This document shows, in pieces, positions 26,245-36,473 of a stretch of DNA of 64,000 nucleotides. The position numbers and the translations under genes are program-made. Each line of letters opens with the position of its first letter. Position 1 is the stretch's first letter. This DNA comes from a virus (taxonomy: Duplodnaviria; Caudoviricetes): IMG/VR virus record IMGVR_UViG_3300003375_000001, positions 128,001 through 192,000 of that record. One strand, written 5' to 3'. Under the pieces are notes generated by a model. The model ran no database searches, was not told the DNA's origin, and saw nothing but the letters and a program-made list of their open reading frames with translations.

Positions 26245-26930
26245 CATTCTTCACTGCTTTTATGAATAAGGTACTGTAGCTCGAATTCGTCAGCCCCTAG
26301 TTCCTCTATAGCTTTCTCTATACCTATCTCCTTAGCCTTTATAGCGTGCTCTCGAAGCTTGGTAGCAAACTCGTTTCTTAGCAAAACGTCTAACGCGTTT
26401 ATTCCTGTAGTGGGAACCTTGCTAGTCTTCCCACTTAAGTAATTCCATACAGCCTTTTGTAGCTTAGACCTAGCGTCCTTGTCTGCAACCCTGTAGAACA
26501 AGGTGTGGCATCTTTGTACCACAGACGTATCCGTCACGTATATGCCTTTAACGTTCGCCATGTTATCAGTTAGCCTAGCAAACATAGGCGCGGCAGTTAG
26601 CAAGTTATCAAAGGATAGAACGTCTTGCTTGTCTACGTCGTCCTTAGCCCATACCGGTAGCTGGGCTTCCTCTAACAATAGAGGGTTACCTGCAACGAAT
26701 ACACAGTATCGGAAGCCCGACCGTATAAGTCTTTCCTGCACTCCAAAGAAGGCGTACGCATCTTGACACAGTACCAATCGTGTAGCTGTGAACATGCGTT
26801 TCTTACTAGGCTTAGTGACTTTACACTCGCCTTGTGTAGAAACAAACAGGAACGAAGCACCTAATGCTTCGAACATAAAGGTCCAGTGTAGTTTTGTTGC
26901 ACCTGGACACCCAAACACTCCAACTATCAT
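26244..26930 (-). CDS. hypothetical protein (replication module)
   Basis: 228 aa, coupled to SbcC. Confidence 0.65.
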   Translation of the reverse strand: MIVGVFGCPGATKLHWTFMFEALGASFLFVSTQGECKVTKPSKKRMFTATRLVLCQDAYAFFGVQERLIRSGFRYCVFVAGNPLLLEEAQLPVWAKDDVDKQDVLSFDNLLTAAPMFARLTDNMANVKGIYVTDTSVVQRCHTLFYRVADKDARSKLQKAVWNYLSGKTSKVPTTGINALDVLLRNEFATKLREHAIKAKEIGIEKAIEELGADEFELQYLIHKSSEE

Positions 26931-29095
26931 GCAGCCTTCTTTCTGGACACTGGCGCTGTCCTGTGCTTACCTGGAACTATCTTGCTTTCTGACCCTTGCT
27001 TTATAACGGTATAGTATTTAACTTGATCTCCGTAGTTGTCTTCCGTTCTAGGCGTGATGATAACTATGTGAGGAATGACCTGGTTGAGTGTAGGTAAGAA
27101 CCTAACGAAGCTACTAGTCATCTCCGCACTGAAGTTTGCGTTAAACTCGTCCAGGATAAGTATGTTAGGTCTCTTAGCTGGAGGAACAAACGTTAGCAGG
27201 CTCATAGTCAGCACTAGGTTAAAACAGGAAGCTTCAGCACCTGATAACTTTCGCACGTCCGACGCTATAGCTTTACCTCCGACATTACGGGACACCGTTA
27301 TGGAGAACTGGGTCTGTAGGTCGAACGTGAAGTCATAGTCTTCTGGCAACAATAACTTGCTATACTTATTAACCTGTTCTTCCAACTTGCTACACAGGCC
27401 CTGGATGATTATCTGCTTGATGCTACCTGCGCGATCACCGGAGAACGCTTTCTCCATCACGTCTAAAACCTCAAGCTCGTCTAGCTCTACACTCAAGGCT
27501 TTAATGCGTGCGCTTAACTCTGAACCTTCTTTGTTCAAGGCCTCTGCGCGCATGAGGTCAGATTCAAGCTTTGAGACTACCTCTGTCGCTTTGGTAGCGT
27601 CTCGGAGAGCCTCTTCATATTCGCCTTCTCTAAGAGGTTGAAAGTTATCCTCTTTGATAACATCGCTGAATCCCGACTGAGCCACTGTCTCAATGGCTCT
27701 TAGAATGGTCCTTATCTTGCTCTGCCGTTCGTGTAGGCTTTCAACGTCTATGCCTGGGGGTAGAGCCTTTAGCCCCTCTGGTCTAGTCACCTTCTCGGGT
27801 TCCTTTGGACCATTAGACAAAAGGTCTATCTTAGCCTGTAGCCTAGCCAGCTTCTTTGAAGGTTCCGGCATGACAGGTTTTTCCCCAACGTCAATACCGG
27901 CTATGGCTTCTTCCAACTCTGCTACTTCTGCCTTAAGGTCGGCGCGCTCTTTGTTGTAGTGTTTGTTGGTAACTGGCTGCCCGCATTTAGAACAGTCACC
28001 TTCCCGTTTTAGCGAATTTAGGCTATTTCTAACCTTTTCTAGTTTAGCCTCAAAATCGGCCTTTTTCGACACTCTTTGGTCATAGCTGCGCAATTCATCA
28101 TAATGCGCTTTTTCTGCTTGTTTAATAGTCCCCAGAAGGCTCTGAACACCCTTCTTTGCCTCTTCGGCATCGAAGTCAGTTAACTCATTCTCGGATAAGT
28201 AGTTTTGATACGCTTCAAGTCTTTTCCCGTATAAGGCGCATTCAGCCTTATACTCGTTAATGGCAGAGGCCATTGTCAGCCAGGCTTTAACCTGACGGAG
28301 TTCCTTACGTAGCTTGTCCGCTGTGGAGTCATACTTGCGAAACAGTTTAACGGACAGCTCGTTGGCTTCTATAAAAGAAGATACTTGGTCGATGCGTCGA
28401 AGGTCTTCAAGCCTCGCCATCGTACCTTGAGCTTTGGCATTAGCATCCAGCAAGGCTAGACGAATAGCCTTTGCGTCCAACCCTGCCTTCTGCTCTTTCA
28501 ATACGGACATGCGAGACTTTAGCTCCTCAAACACCAGGGCCTTGGCTCTAAGCTCGTCCTTGTCTTTCTTTACCAGTTTCTTTATCTCATCTGCCGCCGC
28601 CAGATCGAAGAAGCCTGTAAAGAACTTGCGCCTTACCGCAGTATCCCCTGTGCGGATTAGATGAGTCTTTGTGTTGTCCAAGTACATAAGCAGAGACAGC
28701 ACATCGGTAGAGTAACCACCTATGATTCTCTCAGCGTAGTCACGCGCGTCGGACAAGGTATGTATGTCTAACTTCACTCCATTCTTGGCAATAAGAAGTT
28801 TCTCAGGCGACTTATACACCCGACGAATCTTGTACTCTGTACTACCTACCTTAACACCTACTTCAGTGAAGCCTGTTCTTAGTCTGTCCTTTGGGTTAGT
28901 GAACTCCCGGCTAGGAGCTACGGTCTCCATGATCTGAGAAAAGAACAGAGACTTGCCTACGAAATTTGTATTGCCGGTCTTACCACTGTTAGTGTTAAGA
29001 CCCAAAATAGCAGAAATCCCTTTCTGCGACAGATCAAACTTCTGATCCTTGAAGAAAGGGATTCCTTTGACATGAATATACTGGTACTCGCGCAT
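26927..29095 (-). CDS. sbcC: SbcC/Rad50-like SMC ATPase (gp46-like)
   Basis: NFVGKS Walker A, coiled coils, CSKC zinc hook, LSGAE signature, and LILDE Walker B. Confidence 0.92.
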   Translation of the reverse strand: MREYQYIHVKGIPFFKDQKFDLSQKGISAILGLNTNSGKTGNTNFVGKSLFFSQIMETVAPSREFTNPKDRLRTGFTEVGVKVGSTEYKIRRVYKSPEKLLIAKNGVKLDIHTLSDARDYAERIIGGYSTDVLSLLMYLDNTKTHLIRTGDTAVRRKFFTGFFDLAAADEIKKLVKKDKDELRAKALVFEELKSRMSVLKEQKAGLDAKAIRLALLDANAKAQGTMARLEDLRRIDQVSSFIEANELSVKLFRKYDSTADKLRKELRQVKAWLTMASAINEYKAECALYGKRLEAYQNYLSENELTDFDAEEAKKGVQSLLGTIKQAEKAHYDELRSYDQRVSKKADFEAKLEKVRNSLNSLKREGDCSKCGQPVTNKHYNKERADLKAEVAELEEAIAGIDVGEKPVMPEPSKKLARLQAKIDLLSNGPKEPEKVTRPEGLKALPPGIDVESLHERQSKIRTILRAIETVAQSGFSDVIKEDNFQPLREGEYEEALRDATKATEVVSKLESDLMRAEALNKEGSELSARIKALSVELDELEVLDVMEKAFSGDRAGSIKQIIIQGLCSKLEEQVNKYSKLLLPEDYDFTFDLQTQFSITVSRNVGGKAIASDVRKLSGAEASCFNLVLTMSLLTFVPPAKRPNILILDEFNANFSAEMTSSFVRFLPTLNQVIPHIVIITPRTEDNYGDQVKYYTVIKQGSESKIVPGKHRTAPVSRKKAA

Positions 29096-29098
29096 GCG

Positions 29099-29716
29099 TT
29101 ACTCTGGACAAAGTTCTCTTAGATCATCAGCCTTTAGTGGTGTCATTACTTTTACGTTGAACACCTGATAGTGAACGTCCTCAGACCAGATTGTTTCACT
29201 AAGAGCCTTATGAACAGCCAAAGTAAAGTTACCATTCACGTCAACCTCAACACCTTGATCTGGTACTAGGACGCTGACTACACGTTGGTCAACGTCAGTG
29301 TAGGATACCTTATAAACAAAGCTGTCATAGTGCTTACCTATGGTTACACTAACAACAGGTTTACCGTCAACATACATTCGGTAGTCGGTGTTGGACCACG
29401 GAATGTTGTCAAACAACGTATTCAGTCTGACCGGGGGCAGTTGTACCTGCAAAGTCAGAATACATTCCGCCAGGTATCCTGAAGCGTGTCTTATCAAGGC
29501 ATTGGTACACGCCCAGTCTCCTGAAGGCACTGACAAAAGTTCCTGTTGAGGTACAACGTAGTTAAGCCCTCCCGCCGATAGGCAGACTACACCTTCTTTA
29601 GCTATCTCACGCGCAAAGGGGTAACGACTAGGTTCGAAAGTAAAAAGGTCAGCCTTCGTTACGAGGTAACCGTTAGCCAGCACTGTGTGGGTCTGCAAGA
29701 ACTTCATTAGCTTCAT
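29099..29716 (-). CDS. hypothetical protein
   Basis: 205 aa. Confidence 0.65.
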   Translation of the reverse strand: MKLMKFLQTHTVLANGYLVTKADLFTFEPSRYPFAREIAKEGVVCLSAGGLNYVVPQQELLSVPSGDWACTNALIRHASGYLAECILTLQVQLPPVRLNTLFDNIPWSNTDYRMYVDGKPVVSVTIGKHYDSFVYKVSYTDVDQRVVSVLVPDQGVEVDVNGNFTLAVHKALSETIWSEDVHYQVFNVKVMTPLKADDLRELCPE

Positions 29717-29718
29717 GA

Positions 29719-30849
29719 TCAGGCTACCTTTAAGATAGACTTAAGAGCTTCGATGGTATCAAAGCTAAATGTGCTAACAGCCATCTGTTCAGGAATAGCA
29801 AACGTTTGAACCTGAGACTGAAGACGCGCTATAGCCGATTGAACAAAACCGAATGCGCGCATGCGCACAGTAACGTCTTCCGCTTCAAGCAAAGTTGCTA
29901 CTTGAGCCTTCAGAGCATAGGACGACTTATTACCCCACACCTTGGGGTGCTTTGCGCCTTTCAGCACCGCGTCGTTCAGTAGGAACCAGTTAAGGTAACT
30001 AAGCTTGCGCACGAAACCAAACCCGTCTTCTATGTCAAGAATAGTGCGTTGAGCCGCACCAAACTTTTTCGCATACACGGCAATAAGAAGTTTCACAGCA
30101 GCCGCGTCGTCGTTAGAACTTGCAGCCGCTATAGCAGCCTCAACTGCGTCACCTGATATCTTGTCTGGCTTGTCTTCAAGCCCGTTATAGTATGCGGCTA
30201 CGCCTTCAATGAGGTTGGCCAGTGTCCTCATCTCCTTGTTAGACTGCTCCACTATTTTGTCGCGTAGTTCTTTGGTAAAGAAAGTGAAACCTTCACCCTT
30301 TATGATACGCCCAGCTTGTTTTTTCAGGTCATCCTCAGATGGCGGTTTCAGATGGAATTGCATACTGCGGTTAAGCATAGCAACACCGTTTTTGTTGGTC
30401 GAGAACTTATCCGGGTCCATACTACCCAGTATCCAAGTAGTAGACTTTGGCGGTTCTTCCAGGGGCTTCAGCAGTGCAGCCGCGGCTTGAGGATTACTAA
30501 GTATGCCTTGAGCTTCATCGGCCATAACAAAGCGTCGGATCTTGCTAACAGGCCTCAGCTTTGAAATGCCGATCATGTTACGGACGTCTTCTATGGTCTT
30601 GTTGTCTGTACCATTCAGCTCGAACCAATCGGGGTTGCCGTCTTCTACTGGCTTACCCAAAACCGTAGATGCGAACGCACGAGCTAGCGTGGTCTTGCCT
30701 ACGGAAGACGGGCCGAAGAAGGCAATAGCTGAAGGATACTTGCCAGAAGCTATGATACCCTTCAACTTGCTTACGGCTTGTTCGTGACCGACCACGTCGT
30801 CAAGGGTTAGAGGACGATACTTTAAGTGAAGTGCAGAATGATCAGACAT
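29719..30849 (-). CDS. dnaX: clamp loader AAA+ subunit (DnaX gamma/tau-like)
   Basis: LKYRPLTLDDVVGHE, GPSSVGKTT, DEAQ, and LLKPLEEPP. Confidence 0.9.
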   Translation of the reverse strand: MSDHSALHLKYRPLTLDDVVGHEQAVSKLKGIIASGKYPSAIAFFGPSSVGKTTLARAFASTVLGKPVEDGNPDWFELNGTDNKTIEDVRNMIGISKLRPVSKIRRFVMADEAQGILSNPQAAAALLKPLEEPPKSTTWILGSMDPDKFSTNKNGVAMLNRSMQFHLKPPSEDDLKKQAGRIIKGEGFTFFTKELRDKIVEQSNKEMRTLANLIEGVAAYYNGLEDKPDKISGDAVEAAIAAASSNDDAAAVKLLIAVYAKKFGAAQRTILDIEDGFGFVRKLSYLNWFLLNDAVLKGAKHPKVWGNKSSYALKAQVATLLEAEDVTVRMRAFGFVQSAIARLQSQVQTFAIPEQMAVSTFSFDTIEALKSILKVA

Positions 30850-30868
30850 GTCGTGTAAGGAAGTAGGG

Positions 30869-31120
30869 TTAGAAAAACTTGGCTAGTTCATCTGGAGTAA
30901 ACGAGTCAGGTGAGTGTAACGAGTAGCCTTCGCTAGTGTGCTCAGTAGGATTGCCATCGAGCCTGAACTTGTAGTTTACACCAGTCGGCGGATGCCGGAC
31001 TACTACGCGCTCTCCATTGACTTGCTCAATCTTAACGCTTAACAGTCCATTGAACTTGGTCTTAACTACAGCCCGGTTGAGGCTAGCCCAGTCTGTTTTA
31101 GCTACCACTTGCTTACTCAT
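30869..31120 (-). CDS. hypothetical protein
   Basis: 83 aa. Confidence 0.6.
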   Translation of the reverse strand: MSKQVVAKTDWASLNRAVVKTKFNGLLSVKIEQVNGERVVVRHPPTGVNYKFRLDGNPTEHTSEGYSLHSPDSFTPDELAKFF

Positions 31121-32166
31121 GCGGATACCTTCTCTTGATAGAGTTTGAACTTTGCCTTCACTCTTTCGGCTAGGGCTTTAGAGACCTTGTTATTCGTCAG
31201 CCAGTCTGACAGAATCTCATCGTGTCTTATAAGAACTTCAGAGCTAACATCATCCAAAACAAGTTCCTCAATGATCAAAGCTTTCAATTCTTCCTTGTTA
31301 GCGAAGTAGTTGGTCTTGACAACGTTAGGCTTACCGTTGAAAGCTCCGTTAGGTAATATCACCGACTTCTTGACAAATACCTTGTAAAGTACGTAAGGAT
31401 CGTCTTCCAGCTCATCTATCTCACTAGCCTTTGATATTACCTTGTTGACTAAAGTATACGTTGGCTTGTGAGGAACTAGTTCAACAGAGGACGTCTTAAT
31501 ATTCCCTGTCCACTTAATGTGATGAAAGAACTTTTCTTGAGGCTCACCAAATGATACCTGGTAAGTCGTACCGGAGAAGTGAGAGTTGCGAACTGACTGT
31601 GCCTTGTGTACGTGGCCAACAACACACAAGTGGTTAGTCAAGAAGCCTCCGGTTACCTGTCTACCTGTCTCCCACGTTGTTCCTGCAGCCTCTGTGTGCA
31701 TAACGTTGAGACAGTCCTTACGTGTTTCTTTCGCAGGCCAGGGCAGAAGGTTAACAGGAGTGGCTGTGTCTTCAAATAGCACCTCTGGCTTCAAGGCTAC
31801 GTGAAGGTTAGGTATGGCTTTATTGTCACTTAGAAACTTCAAGTAGTCAAGGCTACAATTCTCAGAGTCCATAACATCGTGGTTGCCTTTGATGATAATG
31901 AACTCTATGTGAGGGTTGCTTAAAAAGACTTCAGTCAGTCGGATGTGAGCATCCGCAGACATTACAGGCCCGTCACATATGTCACCATACAGGATAACAG
32001 TGGACACACCTTTCTTGTCTGCGTAGCGTATAATCTTTTTAACTTCGCCTATGATTACAGCATTGCAGTCGGGTATATACTTGGCAAGCTTACCATCAAG
32101 GTGAAGGTCTCCTATGCCAATCGCTTGAAGGGTCATCTTAGTTTGCGTCTTTTGAATACATGTCAT
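31117..32166 (-). CDS. sbcD: SbcD/Mre11-like nuclease (gp47-like)
   Basis: GDLHLD, YGDICD, GNHD and GHVH; near the SbcC homolog. Confidence 0.9.
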   Translation of the reverse strand: MTCIQKTQTKMTLQAIGIGDLHLDGKLAKYIPDCNAVIIGEVKKIIRYADKKGVSTVILYGDICDGPVMSADAHIRLTEVFLSNPHIEFIIIKGNHDVMDSENCSLDYLKFLSDNKAIPNLHVALKPEVLFEDTATPVNLLPWPAKETRKDCLNVMHTEAAGTTWETGRQVTGGFLTNHLCVVGHVHKAQSVRNSHFSGTTYQVSFGEPQEKFFHHIKWTGNIKTSSVELVPHKPTYTLVNKVISKASEIDELEDDPYVLYKVFVKKSVILPNGAFNGKPNVVKTNYFANKEELKALIIEELVLDDVSSEVLIRHDEILSDWLTNNKVSKALAERVKAKFKLYQEKVSA

Positions 32167-32984
32167 GCTCCTGCGAGTTTCATCGCGTGGTTATCGACCT
32201 TGAATTTAGACATAGGTAGCTTGGCTTTAACCTGAGCTACCAAAGGCTTGAGTTTAGGATTCTTCAAGATGCCAGTGTAAACAATGGCAAGGATAAGGTT
32301 GTAAGAGTTGCTGCCAAGCCAGTTACACATGGACAAGGAACCGCCCGTGGCAAAGTTTGCACAAAGCAATGCCAAGCTTGCGAGTCCAGTAGCAGACAGG
32401 AACATGTCTTCAATGGAATACGTTCCATGCAGTGCATTAACAATGTCGGACATGTCCAAGTCGATGTCAGGGTGGCCGGTGAAAGAGCTGTTCATCCAAA
32501 CTATAAACAGAATACCTGCCAACGCAGGACCTGCAATTTTCTTTAAGTTAGGATACCTGGCTAGCACTTCGTCTATAGAAGCCGCGCCGGCTTTTATCTC
32601 ATCCAGCAGACCTGATTTAAGAATGACTTCGAATACTGTGATGAAGGTAGTCTTTAGCAGTCGTGTTGCCTCGACCACGGCCTTCAACAGCTTGGCGAGG
32701 TTGAATCCGATAGCTTTGAATAGAGCATATATGTCCTTGTGGGACAATGCCAAAGCGATCTCCTGCACACCAAGTTTTGTATGGTTAGACACGTCAGTGA
32801 CGAACTGCTTTATGTCACCTAGAAAGTGCTCTACTACCTCAAAGGCGGGATTGGTTTTGACCTTCTCAATAAGGTCTTCAATGAACTTAGGCGCAGCCGT
32901 CTCATCATACGTGGCAGTAAGAGCCGTGCACCAGAGGTTATAGTCGATAACCTTTTCATAAACGTTAAGTCTGTTTTGGTTCAT
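32163..32984 (-). CDS. hypothetical protein with hydrophobic segments
   Basis: 273 aa; candidate TM stretches ALAGILFIVWM and LILAIVY. Confidence 0.65.
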   Translation of the reverse strand: MNQNRLNVYEKVIDYNLWCTALTATYDETAAPKFIEDLIEKVKTNPAFEVVEHFLGDIKQFVTDVSNHTKLGVQEIALALSHKDIYALFKAIGFNLAKLLKAVVEATRLLKTTFITVFEVILKSGLLDEIKAGAASIDEVLARYPNLKKIAGPALAGILFIVWMNSSFTGHPDIDLDMSDIVNALHGTYSIEDMFLSATGLASLALLCANFATGGSLSMCNWLGSNSYNLILAIVYTGILKNPKLKPLVAQVKAKLPMSKFKVDNHAMKLAGA

Positions 32985-33562
32985 TTTACTAACTCGATTC
33001 TTACATTATGCATGGGTGGTGCATACTTGAATATAGTGTAAGCTTGACCTGGCGTTAAACCTAACTTACCAAAGTCCTTCTGGGCCACTACATACAAGGG
33101 TGTACGTTTGTACTTCCCTAGCCGGCAGCCCCCGGTCTCCCACATAAAGAAGTTGTTCAAGGTGTACTGAGCGGTTCTACGAATTCTAACGTCCCTCAAA
33201 AACCAGTCAGGGATAAACCACATGTTCTTAGGATCAAAGGCATTTACGCTCATTACCATAGAAGCACTACCGTCTAAGAACATGTCAAAGTCTAACGGGT
33301 CTACGTTTATTACCCTCTTTTGACTGGGGTTGGCTTCTCCCCAGTCAATGAGTTGCATACCTTTTGTACCTACCCCAGAAGGCCAGTCTATAGCCTTTAC
33401 TTTCTTAGGCTCTGAAGAATATGAGAAGGTAGAACCAGGTGGGCTTACTATATCGTTACCCCATACTACTGTCCCTACGGGGTTAAGACTAAGGTCATGC
33501 ACCTTCTTGGTTAGATACACTATGTTACCGTCTTTCGTGTAGGGGCTAGGCGTGTCAGTCAT
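32981..33562 (-). CDS. hypothetical protein
   Basis: Start set to ATG 33562 (MTDTPS). Confidence 0.6.
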   Translation of the reverse strand: MTDTPSPYTKDGNIVYLTKKVHDLSLNPVGTVVWGNDIVSPPGSTFSYSSEPKKVKAIDWPSGVGTKGMQLIDWGEANPSQKRVINVDPLDFDMFLDGSASMVMSVNAFDPKNMWFIPDWFLRDVRIRRTAQYTLNNFFMWETGGCRLGKYKRTPLYVVAQKDFGKLGLTPGQAYTIFKYAPPMHNVRIELVK

Positions 33563-34946
33563 CGGGATCTTCCTTCTTAGTCTTAAGGCGAGACCTATGC
33601 GTTGCAATGTATAGCTGTTCGGCGATGCCTTTGCGAATCTGATTAACGCAGCCTGCCCTAAGGTTAACTGGCTTCAGTCCAATCTTTTTGAAGGTATCAA
33701 CTGAGCCTTTAGGGTCCAACACCATCTTCTTAAACTCAAGCCAAGTAACGGCCTTTGTAGCTTCACCAAGTTTGTGAATGTTTAACTTTATCTGATGGCG
33801 CTTACCTGAGACCTGACCTGTTTGCTCAAGGAAAAAGAACAAGTCCCACACCGGGTCATAGCCTCTAGCTTCCCCGTTAGCGTCAGAAACCCATAGGCGT
33901 AGCCAAGTCTCTCTACCAGGAATAGCCAGTTTGTTTTTGTGAGCACGAACGTGAATGTATCGGTATACGTCTTCACCTTCATCAGTAACGCTAGCTTCTT
34001 TTTCAATTTGGCCTTCACCCTTAGGGTTATAAGGAACACCAGATAGAGCACGAGGGAAGTTACGCAAACGTGTATCGGAGAAGAACTTTAAGGCTTGGCC
34101 ACCGGGCTCCGTCTCGGGATTACCGAATCTAGCCATAGGGTTTAGGCGCAACTGATTGATTCCTAAGAACACAATACGTTTAGCTCTAAGCGCACCCTTG
34201 ATACGGGGTAACTGCTTTGAGAACATGCGTGCTTGCACCGCAATAGAGTTATCACCTTCTTCTTCGTCCATAGAAGACGGGACAAGAGAAGGGAACGAGT
34301 CCAGCAAAATTATGAGCTGAGCCCGTCCGTCTTCTGCTGGTACCCATATGCCTTCATTCTTAGAAGTCATACGCTTGTCCGCGTAGGCCTTAACGCGTTC
34401 TACAGCCTTCTTGTTCTTTTCATCGTATACATACCACCACTGGCCTTCGTCATACCGTTTTTCGGGTAGACGTTTCTCGACAGCGTGTAGCCAGTTAAAG
34501 AACTTTTCGGATTGATAGTCGTCACGGTACAGGACTAGAGGAACTTCGCCTTTCTTTTCATCTCCCTGAAAGATGTCTTCGACCGTAGCCTTGACACCAT
34601 TGGTTTGAAAGATGTTTGCCACGTAGTCTGTGGACGAGCCAGTAGAGTTCTCGGCGTCCCATAGAACTCGCATGTCGACCTCTTGGCTTACAGAAGCCCC
34701 CATCATAGTGATGGCGCCTGTCGTCTTTGCCGATTGTTCTGGACCAAAGATAACGTGCATACCAGGAGCAAGGCCGCCTCCATATATAAGGTCCAGACAT
34801 AATAGGCCTGTGTTGAGACGATCTTCCGCAGTCAGACTAATTGCGGAAATCTTAACTATGCTGTTGACTTCATCAATGATGCCAGCTATTTCAGCTTTGC
34901 GATAGGCATTTTTTGCAGGTGTTTCAGACGCGGTTGCTTTGGCCAT
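33555..34946 (-). CDS. recA: RecA/UvsX recombinase
   Basis: GPEQSAKTT, DAE, ILLDSFPSL, GINQLR, and GGQALKFFSDTR. Start set to MAKATA. Confidence 0.92.
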   Translation of the reverse strand: MAKATASETPAKNAYRKAEIAGIIDEVNSIVKISAISLTAEDRLNTGLLCLDLIYGGGLAPGMHVIFGPEQSAKTTGAITMMGASVSQEVDMRVLWDAENSTGSSTDYVANIFQTNGVKATVEDIFQGDEKKGEVPLVLYRDDYQSEKFFNWLHAVEKRLPEKRYDEGQWWYVYDEKNKKAVERVKAYADKRMTSKNEGIWVPAEDGRAQLIILLDSFPSLVPSSMDEEEGDNSIAVQARMFSKQLPRIKGALRAKRIVFLGINQLRLNPMARFGNPETEPGGQALKFFSDTRLRNFPRALSGVPYNPKGEGQIEKEASVTDEGEDVYRYIHVRAHKNKLAIPGRETWLRLWVSDANGEARGYDPVWDLFFFLEQTGQVSGKRHQIKLNIHKLGEATKAVTWLEFKKMVLDPKGSVDTFKKIGLKPVNLRAGCVNQIRKGIAEQLYIATHRSRLKTKKEDPDD

Positions 34947-34971
34947 TTGTAAAATGAGTTGGAGAAAGGGA

Positions 34972-34995
34972 AAGAGGAGCACTGAGGCTCCTCTT
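34972..34995 (-). terminator. hairpin/terminator between the SSB-like gene and recA
   Basis: AAGAGGAGC-ACTGAG-GCTCCTCTT, followed on the minus strand by TCCCTTT. Confidence 0.6.
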
Positions 34996-35016
34996 GGTTT
35001 GCACGTCAGTCAGACA

Positions 35017-35625
35017 TTACAGATCGTCATCTTCATCATCAACGGGCTTCTTTTTAACAGGCTTCTTAAAGGCCTTCTTAGGAGGCTCATCGTCCTCGTC
35101 TTCATCTTCGTCGAGATCCTCGTCTTCATCGACAGGCTTCTTCTTTACCGCTTTCTTGGCAGGAGCCTTCTTCTTTGGAGGCTCGTCTTCGTCGTCTTCG
35201 TCGTCTTCATCTTCATCTTCATCTTCGTCAAAGTCTTCTACCTTCTTTTTGGCAGGAGCCTTCTTTGCGGGGCGCTTAGGCTCATCGTCCAAGTCGTCGT
35301 CAAAGTCGTCGTCAGCTGGCTTCTTCTTTGCCGACTTCTTCTTTGGAGGCTCGTCGTCTTCATCCTCGTCGAGATCCTCGTCTTCATCGACAGGCTTCTT
35401 CTTTACTGCTTTCTTCTTTGGCGGTTCATCGTCCTCGTCTTCATCCTCGTCAAAGTCTTCTACCTTCTTTTTGGCAGGAGCCTTCTTCTTTGGAGGAGTA
35501 TCGTCTTCGTCGAGGTCATCGTCCTCGTCGTCAAAGTCTTCTACCTTCTTTTTGGCAGGAGCCTTCTTCTTTGGAGGAGTATCGTCTTCGTCGTCCTCGT
35601 CAGAGTCTTTCTTCTTGGTGGCCTT
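35017..35625 (-). repeat. coding low-complexity repeats (PPKKKAPAKKKVEDFDED units)
   Basis: GTCAAAGTCTTCTACCTTCTTTTTGGCAGGAGCCTTCTT recurs three times (about 35228, 35449, 35530). Confidence 0.9.
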
Positions 35626-36426
35626 CAAGCCCATCTTCGGCGCCCACTTATCGTATTCCACTTGCACTTCTTCAGTAGTTGGATATTCAGCAAGGTCGCT
35701 AAGGTCCCATACCAAGTATCGGCCTTCTGATTCTGTAATAGGGGAGTGTTCACCCTTTTGAACCGAGTACATTTGAGCAGCAGGCTTGGACTTGTCTTTC
35801 ATGATGGACACGTCACAGCCGTTGTCAGCGTGCAATACGCTAAATGCCTTGGTATCTCCGTTGTCGTCGTCATGCGTGTTGAGTTGCTTCAAGTCCTTCA
35901 TAGCCCGAATGACGCTATTGGTAGCACGAACAGCGACAACGGGAGTCCAAGTATCTGACTCTTTGTCCTTGTACCCTGACGCCTTCTCTTCAGGTGTAGC
36001 CTTAGTCGCGTCAGCAGGCTTACCGGCCTTTTGCTTACCACGAAGAATAGCGTTAAAGAAGTAGTCCTGTGAGAACCTGGACAACGCCGCGTCGTTTTCT
36101 ACCCCTTCAGCCTTCGCCTTAGCCTCATAGGTACAGAATGCACAATGACCTACGCCGTTACCACCTAGACGTTGAGAAGTCTCTGCATCCCAGGCAGAAC
36201 AGCCGATGTAGAAGGAGCCCTTAGACTTGTCCTTCTTAATTGTCTTTACCCAGTGACCACCGATAGCTGCAATCTGACCGAACGGTCGCAAACGCGCGTA
36301 CTTGCCATCGGGTAGTTGATAAATTTCGATTGTGTCGGACGGCTTACGACGATTGTTATCTCCGCCGCCTGTGGGGACGTCATCGATATCACGAAGGTTT
36401 GATTTTGGTTTTGGTTTAGTGGCCAT
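35017..36426 (-). CDS. probable single-stranded DNA-binding protein with long Asp/Glu- and Lys-block tail
   Basis: AAGGAG RBS; position next to recA; gp32-like layout (folded N-terminal part with H...C...HC..C, acidic disordered tail). The fold itself is inferred. Confidence 0.65.
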   Translation of the reverse strand: MATKPKPKSNLRDIDDVPTGGGDNNRRKPSDTIEIYQLPDGKYARLRPFGQIAAIGGHWVKTIKKDKSKGSFYIGCSAWDAETSQRLGGNGVGHCAFCTYEAKAKAEGVENDAALSRFSQDYFFNAILRGKQKAGKPADATKATPEEKASGYKDKESDTWTPVVAVRATNSVIRAMKDLKQLNTHDDDNGDTKAFSVLHADNGCDVSIMKDKSKPAAQMYSVQKGEHSPITESEGRYLVWDLSDLAEYPTTEEVQVEYDKWAPKMGLKATKKKDSDEDDEDDTPPKKKAPAKKKVEDFDDEDDDLDEDDTPPKKKAPAKKKVEDFDEDEDEDDEPPKKKAVKKKPVDEDEDLDEDEDDEPPKKKSAKKKPADDDFDDDLDDEPKRPAKKAPAKKKVEDFDEDEDEDEDDEDDEDEPPKKKAPAKKAVKKKPVDEDEDLDEDEDEDDEPPKKAFKKPVKKKPVDDEDDDL

Positions 36427-36464
36427 GGATGGCTACTCCTTGTTGACGAAAGTGTAGATGAGCT

Positions 36465-36472
36465 ATTAACAG
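36465..36472 (-). promoter_or_regulatory. CTGTTAAT candidate phage promoter element
   Basis: 38 nt upstream of the SSB-like ATG. Confidence 0.45.
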
Positions 36473-36473
36473 A

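Noticed and set aside
34939-35761. Long plus-strand ORFs (Ser/Phe-rich and Leu/Val-rich)
   Set aside because: Antisense shadows of the low-complexity Asp/Glu/Lys tail on the minus strand.
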